Shown piece after piece: positions 42,457 to 53,640 of a DNA stretch of 64,000 nt; position 1 is the stretch's first letter, and the number at the start of each line of letters is the position of its first letter. The stretch comes from an uncultured Clostridia bacterium. Lineage in GTDB: Bacteria; Bacillota; Clostridia; Christensenellales; CAMQZB01. The stretch spans positions 1,782 through 65,781 of the forward strand of contig CAYOSU010000004.1 in assembly GCA_964406735.1 (NCBI GenBank). Reading direction: 5' to 3'. A program made the position numbers and the translations under genes. The notes below the pieces were generated by a model. That model ran no database searches and was not told where the DNA came from. It saw only the letters and a program-made list of their open reading frames with translations.

Positions 42457-43388
42457 AGGTCTCGGCAAGAAGAGCGATAACGGACGCAATAGCCGACGTT
42501 GCGGCGACGGATAAAGACGTTTTCCTCGTATGCACCGATTCGAGGGGCAGCGTAACTGCGGAACGCTTTTTCGACAGCTTCCCCGAAAGAGGTATAGAGT
42601 GCGGCATAGCAGAGCAAAACGCAATATCGCTCGGAGCAGGGCTTGCGACGACGGGCAAGACCGTTTTCGTTGCAGGACCGGCGTGCTTCATGTCAACTCG
42701 TGCGTATGAGCAGATAAAGGTAGACGTTGCGTATAATTTCACTGACGTCAAGGTGCTCGGAGTGTCGGGCGGAGTAAGCTACGGACCGTTGGGCGCTACC
42801 CACCTTGCGATCAACGATATAGCGGCGATGCGCTCGCTGTTTAATATGGAGATATTTTTGCCTGCCGACGATATAGAGGCAAGGTTTGTAGCAAATTACG
42901 CCGCAAGCTCAAAAAAGCCGACCTATATAAGGGTTGGCAGAGGAGACGTCGAACGGGTATATGGCGAGAACGAGACGTTCGAGATAGGCAAGGCAAAGGT
43001 AGTGAGAGATGGCTCTGACATAACGCTCGTTGCGGCAGGAGAAACGGTCGCAATAGCCAAAAAGGCGGCGGAAGAGCTGGAAAAGAGCGGCGTTTCTGCG
43101 GCAGTGCTCGATTATTTCACAATAAAGCCGTTTGACGAAATAACGCTCCAAAAATACGCTCATAATTGCGGTTGCGTGCTGAGCGTAGAGGAGCATAGCA
43201 TCATCGGCGGCTTGGGTGAAGCGTGTGCGCATGCGTTGGCAGAGAGTGGCGTTCCCTTAAAGATATTAGGCTTCCCTGACGAGGAACTCATTGTCGGAAA
43301 GCCCGACGAGCTGTTTGAACATTACGGCTTAACGACAAGCGGAGTCGCAAAGGCGGCAACAGAGCTTATCGGGAGGGTAAAAAAATGA
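42453..43388 (+). CDS. Transketolase, C-terminal (pyrimidine-binding) subunit
   Basis: ERGIECGIAEQNAISLGAGLA, GPLGATHLAINDIAAMR, VEEHSIIGGLG. Overlaps the N-subunit gene. Confidence 0.9.
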   Translation: MKVSARRAITDAIADVAATDKDVFLVCTDSRGSVTAERFFDSFPERGIECGIAEQNAISLGAGLATTGKTVFVAGPACFMSTRAYEQIKVDVAYNFTDVKVLGVSGGVSYGPLGATHLAINDIAAMRSLFNMEIFLPADDIEARFVANYAASSKKPTYIRVGRGDVERVYGENETFEIGKAKVVRDGSDITLVAAGETVAIAKKAAEELEKSGVSAAVLDYFTIKPFDEITLQKYAHNCGCVLSVEEHSIIGGLGEACAHALAESGVPLKILGFPDEELIVGKPDELFEHYGLTTSGVAKAATELIGRVKK

Positions 43389-44845
43389 ACGCAGACGGCG
43401 AGAAAAAATATATCCTTGCGATAGACCAAAGCACGTCCAACACAAAGGCAGTGCTGTTTTCGCAAAGCGGCAAGCTCGTCGATAGAGTGGACGTTCCGCA
43501 TAGACAGATAGTCGTCGGGAGCTTAGTCGAGCACGACGCCGAGGAGATATATCAAAACACCCTTTTGGCTGTAAAGAGGCTTATCGACAAGGATGGAGAG
43601 AGAAGAACGCAGATAAAAGCGTGCGGCATCACTAACCAGCGTGAGACTGCGATCTGCTTTGATATAAAAAGCGGCAAGCCCGTATATAACGCAATAGTAT
43701 GGCAAGACGGCAGGGCAACGGAGCAGACCGATAGAGTGGAAACGGAGCGTTCTTACGTCAAAAAAGTGACAGGGCTCAACCTCTCGCCCTACTTTTCCGC
43801 CCCGAAATACGCTTGGATAATAGAGAATATCAAGGAAGCGCAAGAGTGCGCAAAAAAGGGCGATATAAGGTGCTGTAACGTCGATGCCTGGCTTGTTTTT
43901 AAGCTGACGGGGAATTTTAAGACCGATGTTACCAATGCGTCGAGAACGCTTATTCTTGACCTTGAAACGCTGTCCTACGATGAAAAAATGCTGTCGCTTT
44001 TCGGCTTAAAGCGAGAGTTTTTGCCAAAAATAGCCTGCTCCGACGAGCTTTTCGGCTACACAGACTTCGAGGGCTTACTCCCCGAAAAAGTGCCGATAAA
44101 GGGCGTTATGGGGGATTCCCACGCCGCACTTTTCGCAAATACCGAGAAAGTCGGCGGCATAAAGGCAACGTTCGGCACTGGCACGTCCTTGATGCTCAAC
44201 GTAGGCGATAAGCGAATATCGAACTGCCCGACATCAGTCGTCGAGAGCGTAGCCTACTCAAAGAACGGTAAGGCGTATTATGCGATAGAGGGCAATATCA
44301 ACTACTCGGGAGCGGTCATGAACAAGGTGATAGACTTAGGTCTTGCGCAGAGCGTCAGGGAGATAGCGACTGCGGCAACGAGCGTAGAAGATAGCGGCGG
44401 CGTATACTTAGTCCCTGCCTTTTCGGGTCTTTCGGCGCCGTACTGGGACGAAAACGCCCGAGCCGTCATCTGCGGAATGTCTGCGTCCACAAAAAAAGAG
44501 CATATATTGCGTGCGGCTGAAGAAGCTGTCGCATATCAGATAAAGGACGTTTTCGAGGAGATAAAGCGTTGCGATATAGCGATAAACGGCATATACGCCG
44601 ACGGCGGCGCAACGAGGGACGACTTTTTGATGGGCTTTGTATCGGATATTTTAGACGTTACGGTGTCCGTATCGAGCGTAGAAGAGCTGTCTGCGTTCGG
44701 CGTTGCGGCGATAGCTGCGGCAAGCGAGGAGTTTTACGGTAGCAAGACGTATAAAACGGTACAGCCGAAAATGAGCGAAGAAAAAAGGCAAACGCTTTAC
44801 GGCGGCTGGAAAGATGCGGTCGCAAAGGCGATAACCAACAAATAA
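43385..44845 (+). CDS. FGGY-family carbohydrate kinase (glycerol-kinase-like branch)
   Basis: LAIDQSTSNTKAVLF, ITNQRETA, WQD.R, GDSHAALF, DGGATRDDFLMGF. Confidence 0.85.
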   Translation: MNADGEKKYILAIDQSTSNTKAVLFSQSGKLVDRVDVPHRQIVVGSLVEHDAEEIYQNTLLAVKRLIDKDGERRTQIKACGITNQRETAICFDIKSGKPVYNAIVWQDGRATEQTDRVETERSYVKKVTGLNLSPYFSAPKYAWIIENIKEAQECAKKGDIRCCNVDAWLVFKLTGNFKTDVTNASRTLILDLETLSYDEKMLSLFGLKREFLPKIACSDELFGYTDFEGLLPEKVPIKGVMGDSHAALFANTEKVGGIKATFGTGTSLMLNVGDKRISNCPTSVVESVAYSKNGKAYYAIEGNINYSGAVMNKVIDLGLAQSVREIATAATSVEDSGGVYLVPAFSGLSAPYWDENARAVICGMSASTKKEHILRAAEEAVAYQIKDVFEEIKRCDIAINGIYADGGATRDDFLMGFVSDILDVTVSVSSVEELSAFGVAAIAAASEEFYGSKTYKTVQPKMSEEKRQTLYGGWKDAVAKAITNK

Positions 44846-44856
44846 AGGAGAGAACC

Positions 44857-46269
44857 ATGAAGGACAATAAACAGACTTTCGGACTTATAATATCGACGAG
44901 GAGCTTTTTCCCCTCGCATTTAGTAAAGACCGCAAGGGAACAGATAACGCAAAAATTAGACGAGCTTGGCTACGGTTATATCACCGTCGACGAGAATATG
45001 ACGAAATACGGCGCAGTAATGACCTTTGACGAGGCGCTTACTTGCGCAAAGCTCTTCGAGGAGAACCGCAAGGAGATATCCGGTATCATCGTCGTACTTC
45101 CAAACTTCGGCGAGGAGCTTGGCATCGCAGAGGCGATAGATAGAGCAGACCTCAACGTACCCGTATTGGTGTCTGCGATAGACGACGACTTTGACAAGCT
45201 CGATATGGCAAACAGAAGAGACGCCTTTTGCGGTAAAATATCCCTCTGCAACAACCTCTATTACAGGGATATAAAATACACTCTCACCACCCTTCACACC
45301 TGCAAGATAGAAAGCCCTGATTTTACCAAGGACTTAAAGGACTTTGCGGCGGTATGCAACGTCGTAAACGGCACTCGCGGGAGCCGCATAGCGATGCTCG
45401 GCGCAAGACCAGTTGCGTTCAACACCGTACGCTTTTCGGAGAAAATTTTGCAAGCTCACGGCATTTCCGTTCAGACCGTCGATATGTCGGAGATAATTTT
45501 CGAGGCGGAAAAGCTTGACGATAAGGCAAGAATAAGCGAAAAGGTAGAGGAGATCCGTAATTACGGTAAAATCCCCTCCTTTATCGGCGAAGAGCTTCTC
45601 GAAAAACAGGCTCGCCTTTGCCTTACGATAGAGGACTTTGTCAAAAGATATAAAGCAAACGCCTCGACTGTGCAGTGCTGGGACAGCGTAGAGAACAACT
45701 ACGGCTGTGCTACCTGCCTTGCGATGAGTATGCTCGGCGAAAAGGGCTTGCCCTCTGCGTGCGAGAGCGACGTAACGGGCGCAGTCTCGATGCTGATGGC
45801 GCACTTGGCAAGCGGTAAGGCGGCGGCTTTAATGGACTGGAACAACAATATAAGGGATGACAGAGACAACTGCATATGCATCCATTGCAGTAACTTCCCC
45901 AAGAGCTTTTTCGATACCGATGTTGAGATAGAGTGCCTTGACGTGCTCGGTTCGACGCTTGGCAAAGAAAACTGCTTCGGAGCGGTCAAGGGACAGGTGA
46001 AAGAGGGCGGTATGACCTTCTTCAGGGTAACGACTGACGACCGCAAGGGCGTTATGAAAGCGTATGTCGGCGAGGGTACGTTTGAGAGCGAGGAGATACC
46101 CACAAAGGGCGGTATCGCAAATTGCCGTGTAAACGATTTGCAAGGGCTGATGAAATACGTTTGCGAGAACGGCTTCGAGCACCACGTATGCTTCGTAAGA
46201 GGAAGATACGCAGGCGTTTTAGAGGAAGCGTGCAAATATCTCGGGATAGAGGTCTATAGGCATAATTAA
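44857..46269 (+). CDS. L-fucose-isomerase-family sugar isomerase (COG2407-like)
   Basis: 470 aa. N-terminal FGLIISTRSFFPSHL, central ACESDV.GA and C-terminal EHH motifs resemble the FucI/AraA-like superfamily. Confidence 0.65.
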   Translation: MKDNKQTFGLIISTRSFFPSHLVKTAREQITQKLDELGYGYITVDENMTKYGAVMTFDEALTCAKLFEENRKEISGIIVVLPNFGEELGIAEAIDRADLNVPVLVSAIDDDFDKLDMANRRDAFCGKISLCNNLYYRDIKYTLTTLHTCKIESPDFTKDLKDFAAVCNVVNGTRGSRIAMLGARPVAFNTVRFSEKILQAHGISVQTVDMSEIIFEAEKLDDKARISEKVEEIRNYGKIPSFIGEELLEKQARLCLTIEDFVKRYKANASTVQCWDSVENNYGCATCLAMSMLGEKGLPSACESDVTGAVSMLMAHLASGKAAALMDWNNNIRDDRDNCICIHCSNFPKSFFDTDVEIECLDVLGSTLGKENCFGAVKGQVKEGGMTFFRVTTDDRKGVMKAYVGEGTFESEEIPTKGGIANCRVNDLQGLMKYVCENGFEHHVCFVRGRYAGVLEEACKYLGIEVYRHN

Positions 46270-46302
46270 GGAATTTTGCCACTCGGAATAGCATAAAAAT
46301 AA

Positions 46303-46345
46303 GGCGTTGTTTACCAAAATTAAAGGTAAACGACGCCGTTTTTTT
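46303..46345. terminator. Bidirectional terminator
   Basis: GGCGTTGTTTACC / GGTAAACGACGCC followed by GTTTTTTT. Confidence 0.75.
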
Positions 46346-46354
46346 GTTATAAAG

Positions 46355-47209
46355 TTATTTTTTACCGCTTGTAATAAAGGAATTTGCGTATTTTCTCGGC
46401 GAAAGCCCGAAAGCGTTTCTAAAGTTTGCGATAAAATAATTGTAGTCAAAAAATCCACAGCTTTCGGCGACCGTGCTTATCTTCGTCTCGGGGTCGTTTT
46501 CAAGCAAAAGCCTTGCCTTGTGTAGCCGTAGCTTTTTGACGTATTCCGCAAGTCCGCAGCCTGCGTTGTCCTTGATAACGTGATAAAGCTTAGTCCTGCC
46601 GACGTTGAATTTACTGCAAAGGATCTCTGGCGAGATGTCTTTTGAGATGTTTTGCTTGATATACTCGTCGACACGCTCCCAAAGCTCGCTTTTTTCCGAT
46701 ACGGCGATATTTTTAAGGCAAAGATACGTCGCAATGGCGTTAAGAAGATTTGCGGCGGAGTTGAGGTATTCGTTGGATTTCAATGGCATTTTTTCGCAAA
46801 GGCTTCTTATATCGTCAACGTCGAAGCCGTATTTAGCGATATGCGAATAAATTGCGTTGACACCCTCCTCGAAGTCCTTGAACGAGAATATGTGCGCAAA
46901 GAATAAATAGCCTCTCACCTCGTCGTTGACTATAAGCGGGAATATTATCTCCGTAAGCCCCAGATGGCACTTATAAATATACGGAGTTTTCGCCTTAGAT
47001 GCCACCTTGCAGGCGTTTTTGTCGCACTCACGGCATTTGGTGTCGATGTCGGGATTTAGCCTTGCCCGTTCGCAAAGCGCCGCCCTCTTTTTGGGGTACG
47101 CCGTCAGCTCGTTAAAATTTTCGTCGAAGACGGTTATGCGGATCTCCGTAACGGTGTAATAGTCTTTTAACAGCTCATCGAGCTTTTGTAGGTCGAAAAT
47201 GGGTTTCAT
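46355..47209 (-). CDS. AraC-family regulator with N-terminal PocR-type sensory domain
   Basis: PocR-like Cys cluster (CERAR....KCRECDK.AC, YKCHLGL) and a C-terminal AraC HTH (GCGLAEYVKKLRL.KA..LL, GFFDYNYF...F). Confidence 0.85.
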   Translation of the reverse strand: MKPIFDLQKLDELLKDYYTVTEIRITVFDENFNELTAYPKKRAALCERARLNPDIDTKCRECDKNACKVASKAKTPYIYKCHLGLTEIIFPLIVNDEVRGYLFFAHIFSFKDFEEGVNAIYSHIAKYGFDVDDIRSLCEKMPLKSNEYLNSAANLLNAIATYLCLKNIAVSEKSELWERVDEYIKQNISKDISPEILCSKFNVGRTKLYHVIKDNAGCGLAEYVKKLRLHKARLLLENDPETKISTVAESCGFFDYNYFIANFRNAFGLSPRKYANSFITSGKK

Positions 47210-47334
47210 ATATCGATTATAACCGCAAAAGCGTACAAAATCAATACTTTTTGAATAGATTTCTATATACTTGCCGCAAAAAATGATATATAATGTTCTT
47301 GGAAAAGAAATATAGAGAAAAACGGGAGAAAAAT

Positions 47335-49293
47335 ATGACGACGGTAAGACTCGGAAAAGGAAGTAAAAAAATATCAGATAGGCTATACGGAATATTCCTC
47401 GAAGACATAAACTTTGCCGTTGACGGCGGCTTGAACGCCAATATGGTCAATAACTACTCCTTTGACGGCGTATATATGAACGCTGATCTTACGCCCTGTC
47501 ACGACCCATTCCGCTATTGGAAAGAGACGGGATTAACGTTTGAATTTTCAAAGGTAGGCGGAATATCTGACAAAACGGGCTACGCAAAAATTTTTGTTGA
47601 CGGCGAGGGTAAAATAGAAAATCTCGGCTACAACGGCAACAAAGAGAACGCAACAAGGTGCGCTATGAGCATCGTAGAGAGAGAAGAATACGAGTTTTCC
47701 GCATACGTCAAAGGCGGCGACGGTGTCAAGGCGACGGTAACGGTTCTTTCAGACGACGGAAAGCCTTTAACGGACGAAAAAGAGATAGAGATAACGGAAT
47801 CGTGGCAAAAGGTAGAGCTGACCTTGACGGGTAAAGCCACCTCTTACGGCAAGCTCTCGCTGAAATTTACAGGTAACGGCACGGTATGCCTTGACTTAGT
47901 AACTCTTCTTGGCGAGCATATAGGCAAAAACGACGCAAAATGGAGCGGCGGCAAGTTCAGAAAAGACTTGGTCGAGTCATTAAGAGCGTTAAAGCCGTCC
48001 TTTATGCGCTTCCCGGGCGGTTGCATCGTCGAGGGAACTATCCCCGGCAACGAATACGACTGGAAGAAAACAGTCGGCAGGTTGGAAAACAGGATTCCAA
48101 CCTACAATCTCTGGAGCGAAAAGCTGTCCGACGGCGGATATAGCCAGAGCTTCCAGATAGGCTTTTACGAATACTTCTGCCTGTGCGAGGAGATAGGAGC
48201 AAAGCCGTTGCCCATACTTTCTGCGGGCTTGAACTGCCAGATAAGGGCATTACAGCGAAAAGAAAAGGAATGCCCCAACGTTCCGCTCGGAACGAGGGAG
48301 TTCGACGAATATATCGTAGCAAACTACCTTGACCTTATCGACTTTGCCAACGGCGAAAAGGGAACGTCTTATTGGGCTGATCTCAGATGCGAGATGGGAC
48401 ACGAAAAGCCGTTCAACTTAACGATGATAGGCATCGGCAACGAAAACTACGGAAAGGACTACCTCGAACGCTTTCGTGTCATCAAAGAGGCGATAGCCAA
48501 AAAAGACGATAAAATCGAATGCGTTCATTGCTCTGGACTTGGATTTTTCGAGCCGTCGGTAACGAAAGTCAGAAAGCATGTAGCGAAAAACTACCACGGC
48601 GTGCTAATAGACGAGCATAGGTATCAACGCCCCGAATGGTTCTTGAAGTCATATAACTACTTCGATAAGGCGAAAAAGCAGCTTGGCGACAACAAGATAT
48701 ATTACGGCGAATACGCCGCAAATATAGTGATCAAAAATGGCGCAATGATAAAGGACTATAACAAGTGGAAAACTGCGCTTTCGGAGAGCGTGTTCTTGCT
48801 CGGCATGGAGAAGAACGGCGACGTTGTAGATATGAGCTCGTACGCACCGCTGTTCAACCTCGTAACGTGCTTGCAGTGGACTCACAACCTCATCGATTTC
48901 AACCCAAAGACTTACATAGAAAACGCTAACTACAAGATCCAGAAGCTGTTTTCCAATAATACGGGCAACGAATATATCGGGTGCGAGGGAAAGCTCCCAA
49001 GGAACGTATACGTTTCTGCGACGAAAAGGGACGGCGAGTATTATATCAAAATAGTCAACGTCGGCAAAAAGGACGAAGCGATATGCGTCGAGACCGGGAT
49101 CAACGCAAAAGAGTGCGAGATGATATCGGTCGGCGGCAACGGCGAGCTCAGGAACGACCTTGAATTTGACGGAATGCCCGATATGGAGATAGAGGAAAGA
49201 GTAGAGAAAAAAGCCTTCAACGGAAGCGTAACGCTTTTAGCTGAAAGCGGCAAGGTATATATAATAAAGCTAAAGGAGGATATTCATGGCTGA
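47335..49293 (+). CDS. Alpha-L-arabinofuranosidase, GH51
   Basis: ATG 47335 (MTTVRL). ISDRLYGIFLEDINFA, LKPSFMRFPGGC, IGIGNENYG (acid/base Glu), YGEYA (nucleophile region). Confidence 0.8.
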   Translation: MTTVRLGKGSKKISDRLYGIFLEDINFAVDGGLNANMVNNYSFDGVYMNADLTPCHDPFRYWKETGLTFEFSKVGGISDKTGYAKIFVDGEGKIENLGYNGNKENATRCAMSIVEREEYEFSAYVKGGDGVKATVTVLSDDGKPLTDEKEIEITESWQKVELTLTGKATSYGKLSLKFTGNGTVCLDLVTLLGEHIGKNDAKWSGGKFRKDLVESLRALKPSFMRFPGGCIVEGTIPGNEYDWKKTVGRLENRIPTYNLWSEKLSDGGYSQSFQIGFYEYFCLCEEIGAKPLPILSAGLNCQIRALQRKEKECPNVPLGTREFDEYIVANYLDLIDFANGEKGTSYWADLRCEMGHEKPFNLTMIGIGNENYGKDYLERFRVIKEAIAKKDDKIECVHCSGLGFFEPSVTKVRKHVAKNYHGVLIDEHRYQRPEWFLKSYNYFDKAKKQLGDNKIYYGEYAANIVIKNGAMIKDYNKWKTALSESVFLLGMEKNGDVVDMSSYAPLFNLVTCLQWTHNLIDFNPKTYIENANYKIQKLFSNNTGNEYIGCEGKLPRNVYVSATKRDGEYYIKIVNVGKKDEAICVETGINAKECEMISVGGNGELRNDLEFDGMPDMEIEERVEKKAFNGSVTLLAESGKVYIIKLKEDIHG

Positions 49294-50869
49294 AATCAAA
49301 AGACTTATAGAAAGCGGCAAGGTCTATCTCGGCATAGAGTTCGGCTCGACGAGGATCAAGGGAGTATTGATCGACGGCGAGCATACGCCGATAGCGCAAG
49401 GCTCGTTCACCTGGGAGAACTCTCTCGTAGACGGCGTTTGGACGTACTCGCAAGAGGAGATACTTTGCGGCTTAAAGGCGTGCTACAAGGCGCTCAAAGA
49501 AGACGTAAAAGCGAAATACGGCGTAACGTTGAAAAAAATAGGCGGCATGGGAATATCCGCAATGATGCACGGCTATATGCCCTTTGACGAAGAAGAAAAC
49601 CTTCTCGTTCCGTTCAGGACTTGGAGAAATACGATAACGGCAGAGGCGGCGGAGAAGCTTTCGGAGAGCTTTAATTTCAATATTCCCGAGAGATGGTCGG
49701 TAGCCCACCTTTATCAGGCTGTGCTCAAAAAAGAGGCTCATATCAAAGATATTGCCACGATAAACACTCTTGCAGGCTATATTCACAACCTTTTGACGGG
49801 CGAGCGCATCGTAGGAGTAGGCGAGGGAAGCGGAATGTTCCCCGTCGACGAGAGCTTTTCCTACGACAAAAAAATGATGGAAAAATTCGGCGAGCTGTTG
49901 CGTAAAGAGGGCTTCGACAAAGAGCCTGAAAGGCTGTTCCCCGAAATAAGGCTTGCAGGCGAAAACGCAGGTTATCTAACGGAAAGCGGCGCAAGACTTC
50001 TCGACGAAGAGGGCGACTTAGAGGCAGGCGTTCCGTTCTGTCCTCCCGAGGGCGACGCAGGAACGGGCATGGTCGCAACAAACAGCATAAAGCGTACTAC
50101 GGGTAATGTGTCGGCAGGTACGAGTATATTTGCGATGATAGTGCTTGAAAAGGCGCTTAAAAACAGGTACAAAGAGATAGATGTAGTAACCACTCCCGAC
50201 GGATTCCCCGTCGCAATGGTGCACTGCAACAACTGCACGAACGAGATAAACGCATACGCAAGCCTTTTCCAGGAAGTGTCAACGGCGTTGGGCGGTAAGA
50301 CGGATATGAACGACGTATACGATATGATATTCTCTCTGTCCGAAAAAGCCGACGCCGATTGCGGCGGACTTACGGTATATAACTACCTCTCGGGCGAGAG
50401 CGTAACGGGCTTTTCGAGCGGCAGACCCTTGATGGTAAGGAGCGAAAACGCAAACTTCACGCTTGCAAATCTGCTTAGGGCAAACCTGTATTCCTCCGTT
50501 GCAACGCTTGCAGTCGGAATGAAGATATTAGACGGCGAGAACGTTGAGATAAGCTCCGTCTGCGGCCATGGCGGACTGTTCAAGACTGGCGACGAGGGTG
50601 CAAGAGTTCTCGCTTCGGCGATAAAAACGCCAATAACGGTCATGGAGACCGCAGGCGAGGGCGGACCTTGGGGTATGGCGATACTTGCGGCGTTCGCAGT
50701 AAACGCAAACGGCAAAAAGCTTCCCGAGTACCTTGACGATGTAGTTTTTTCATCGTCGAAGAAAAAGACTGTACAGCCCGACGGCGAATATTCAAAGGGC
50801 TTCGAGACCTACCTCGATCGCTTTGAAAGAGGTCTTGAAATAGAGAGAAAGGCGGTAGAGAGAGTATGA
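49286..50869 (+). CDS. FGGY-family kinase, probable L-ribulokinase of the clostridial (AraK) type
   Basis: [17 protein letters not shown] and [13 protein letters not shown]. Assigned by context directly upstream of araD-araA. Confidence 0.7.
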   Translation: MAEIKRLIESGKVYLGIEFGSTRIKGVLIDGEHTPIAQGSFTWENSLVDGVWTYSQEEILCGLKACYKALKEDVKAKYGVTLKKIGGMGISAMMHGYMPFDEEENLLVPFRTWRNTITAEAAEKLSESFNFNIPERWSVAHLYQAVLKKEAHIKDIATINTLAGYIHNLLTGERIVGVGEGSGMFPVDESFSYDKKMMEKFGELLRKEGFDKEPERLFPEIRLAGENAGYLTESGARLLDEEGDLEAGVPFCPPEGDAGTGMVATNSIKRTTGNVSAGTSIFAMIVLEKALKNRYKEIDVVTTPDGFPVAMVHCNNCTNEINAYASLFQEVSTALGGKTDMNDVYDMIFSLSEKADADCGGLTVYNYLSGESVTGFSSGRPLMVRSENANFTLANLLRANLYSSVATLAVGMKILDGENVEISSVCGHGGLFKTGDEGARVLASAIKTPITVMETAGEGGPWGMAILAAFAVNANGKKLPEYLDDVVFSSSKKKTVQPDGEYSKGFETYLDRFERGLEIERKAVERV

Positions 50870-51567
50870 GCATGCAAGAATTAAAAGAAAGGGTGTTCAA
50901 GGCAAACCTTGACTTAGTAAAGCACGGGCTCGTAGTATTGACCTGGGGTAACGTCAGCGGCATAGACAGAGAAAAAGGACTCGTTGCGATAAAGCCAAGC
51001 GGAGTTTCCTACGATACGATGACGGTAGACGACATCGTCGTAGTAGACCTTGACGGCAACGTCGTAGAGGGCAATTTAAGACCGTCCTCCGATACGCCGA
51101 CGCACTTGGAGTTATATAAAGCCTTCCCCGATATCGGCGGAGTCGTCCATACCCACTCGATAAACGCCACCTCGTTTGCGCAGAGCGGCAAGCCGATAAT
51201 AGCATACGGCACGACGCACGCAGACTGCTTCTACGGCGACATCCCTTGCGCAAGGGCGCTCACGAAAGAGGAGATAGAGAGCGAATACGAGAAAAATACG
51301 GGCAAGGTGATAATAGAGACCTTCAAAGAGCTCGACGAAAATGCCATACCTGCGGTGCTGATAAAAAAACACGGCCCGTTTACTTGGGGCAAGACCCCCG
51401 AAAAAGCGGTCGAGGCGGCGGTAACGCTCGAAGCGGTCGCTGAGATGTGCCTTAAAACGAGGCAGATAAACCCTGACGTCGAAAGGGTTGACGGATACCT
51501 TCTCGACAAGCATTATTTAAGGAAACACGGCAGCAATGCCTATTACGGACAAGGAGATAAAAAATGA
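50866..51567 (+). CDS. araD: L-ribulose-5-phosphate 4-epimerase
   Basis: [39 protein letters not shown], class II aldolase fold. ATGA overlap with the kinase gene. Confidence 0.9.
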   Translation: MSMQELKERVFKANLDLVKHGLVVLTWGNVSGIDREKGLVAIKPSGVSYDTMTVDDIVVVDLDGNVVEGNLRPSSDTPTHLELYKAFPDIGGVVHTHSINATSFAQSGKPIIAYGTTHADCFYGDIPCARALTKEEIESEYEKNTGKVIIETFKELDENAIPAVLIKKHGPFTWGKTPEKAVEAAVTLEAVAEMCLKTRQINPDVERVDGYLLDKHYLRKHGSNAYYGQGDKK

Positions 51568-52958
51568 AAAAGATTTGTTTTTTGACAGGAAGCCAGTTTT
51601 TGTACGGTGAAGAGACCCTCAAACAGGTAGAAAAAGACTCGCTCGAGATGATAAGCTTCTTGAACGAGAAGGTCGGCGGCGTAGAGATCACGTTCGGCGG
51701 CGTAATGACCACCTCCGAGAAGATTGAAAGAGCCATCAAGGAGATAAATTACGACGACGAGACGATCGGCGTAATGGTATGGTGTCATACGTTCAGCCCT
51801 GCCAAGATGTGGATAAAGGGCTTGAAGATATTGACGAAGCCCATGCTCCACCTTCACACGCAGTTCAACGAGAAGCTCCCTTACGCAACCATTGACATGG
51901 ACTTCATGAACCTCAATCAGGCGGCTCACGGCGACAGAGAGTTTGCGTACATCTTGACCCGCATGGGAATAGTCAGAAAGAGCGTAGTAGGCTACTACAA
52001 GCATGAAAGCGTACTCAAAGAGATAAGATCGTGGGTAGCTGTCGTCAAGGGCGTAGATTTCTCGAGAAACCTCAAGATCTGCCGCTTCGGCGACAATATG
52101 AGAGAGGTTGCGGTAACGGACGGCGACAGAGTTCAGGCTCACATAGATTTTGGTTGGCAGACCGATTATTACGGCATCGGCGACATCGTAGAGGAGATAA
52201 ACAAGGTAACGGACGAAGAGGTAGACGCACTTTATGCGGAAATACTTGAAAAGTACGACTTAAATACCGATAATATCGCTGCGGTAAAGGAACAGGTCAA
52301 GTACGAGATCGCATTAAAGAGATTCTTTGCAGCGGGAAATTACAAAGCGTTCTCCACCAATTTCCAGGATCTTCACGGCTTAAAGCAGCTTTTCGGAATG
52401 TCCGCTCAAAGACTTATGGAACAGGGCTACGGCTTCGGTGCTGAGGGCGACTGGAAGATAGCGGCGTTCTGCGCTATCATGAAAAAGATGGCTGAGGGAA
52501 GAGAGGGCTCTACCGCATTCATGGAGGATTATACTTACGACCTTACCGAGGGCAATGAGCTCGTTTTGGAGTCCCACATGCTCGAGGTATGCCCCACCCT
52601 TGCAGGCAATAAGCCCAAGATAGAGGTACATCCTCTCGGCATCGGCGGCAAGGAAGACCCTGCAAGATTGGTATTCGACGGCACGACTGGCGACGGCATC
52701 GCAGTCTGCATGGTAGATATGGGCGAGTGGTACAGAATAATCTGCGCTCACGTCGAGCTCGTAAAACAGCCCGAACCCATGCCTAACCTCCCCGTTGCGA
52801 GAGTTATGTGGAAGTTGAAACCCGACTTCAAGAACGGCGCAAGAGAGTGGCTCGAAGCAGGCGGCGCACACCATACCGTAGTTTCGACTTCGATAACGGC
52901 AGACGAAATGAGACTGTTTGCCGAGATAAACGGCGCAGAGTTCGTCGAGATCGGCTGA
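51564..52958 (+). CDS. araA: L-arabinose isomerase
   Basis: [53 protein letters not shown]. Confidence 0.9.
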   Translation: MKKICFLTGSQFLYGEETLKQVEKDSLEMISFLNEKVGGVEITFGGVMTTSEKIERAIKEINYDDETIGVMVWCHTFSPAKMWIKGLKILTKPMLHLHTQFNEKLPYATIDMDFMNLNQAAHGDREFAYILTRMGIVRKSVVGYYKHESVLKEIRSWVAVVKGVDFSRNLKICRFGDNMREVAVTDGDRVQAHIDFGWQTDYYGIGDIVEEINKVTDEEVDALYAEILEKYDLNTDNIAAVKEQVKYEIALKRFFAAGNYKAFSTNFQDLHGLKQLFGMSAQRLMEQGYGFGAEGDWKIAAFCAIMKKMAEGREGSTAFMEDYTYDLTEGNELVLESHMLEVCPTLAGNKPKIEVHPLGIGGKEDPARLVFDGTTGDGIAVCMVDMGEWYRIICAHVELVKQPEPMPNLPVARVMWKLKPDFKNGAREWLEAGGAHHTVVSTSITADEMRLFAEINGAEFVEIG

Positions 52959-53087
52959 ACTTAATAGAAAAAATACGGCGCATACGCTTAAATCAACGCA
53001 AAAACGGTTAAAAATAACGCTTGATTTTGACTAAAGCCGTAATAACTAAAAAATTTGCAACGACTTGATGAAGATATTTGCAAACGA

Positions 53088-53116
53088 AAGACCCGAGGAA
53101 ATCCTCGGGCCTTTTG
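53088..53116. terminator. Bidirectional terminator
   Basis: GACCCGAGGA / TCCTCGGGCC, flanked by A- and T-rich runs. Confidence 0.7.
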
Positions 53117-53133
53117 CATTAAAAATTATTCTA

Positions 53134-53511
53134 TCACAAAGTTTCAAGGCCAAGCTCGAATAGCATCTCGTTGACCTTCATAATGTCGTAGATCTCGTTT
53201 TCGATAGCATATCTTATCACGAGATCGAACTTATTTGCGCTCGACAGGATATATCCTGCTTTTTTGACGAGTTTTTTGCACGTAGCGTTATCAAGCTCGA
53301 GTGCAAGCGCAATAGAGCAGACGACCTTCTTTTTTGGCTTATAGTGCGGATCGCTTCTCAGCTTAGAAAAATATTTGCGATCAAGCCCGGCTCTTTTATA
53401 GACCTCCGTATCAGTAAAGCCTTTTTGGTCTATCAAAGAGAACATCATTTCACAAAAGGTTTCGTTTCCGCTGTTTCTGTCGTCGATATATTCAATAAGC
53501 TTGTTATCCAT
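53134..53511 (-). CDS. XRE-like HTH domain protein
   Basis: ETFCEMMFSLIDQKGFTDTEVYKRAGLDRKYFSKLRSD....PKKKVVCSIALALELD: the HTH pattern common in clostridial small regulators. Confidence 0.6.
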   Translation of the reverse strand: MDNKLIEYIDDRNSGNETFCEMMFSLIDQKGFTDTEVYKRAGLDRKYFSKLRSDPHYKPKKKVVCSIALALELDNATCKKLVKKAGYILSSANKFDLVIRYAIENEIYDIMKVNEMLFELGLETL

Positions 53512-53640
53512 ATGAATATAATATCACACGGTCGAGCCTATCGCAAGACAAAAAGCGGACACCTCAAAAAATGTCGCATTTTTTGCGACCAAATAAGAGA
53601 GCGTATTTAGTATAATACAGTCGTGTTCTGGAGGTGTGAT

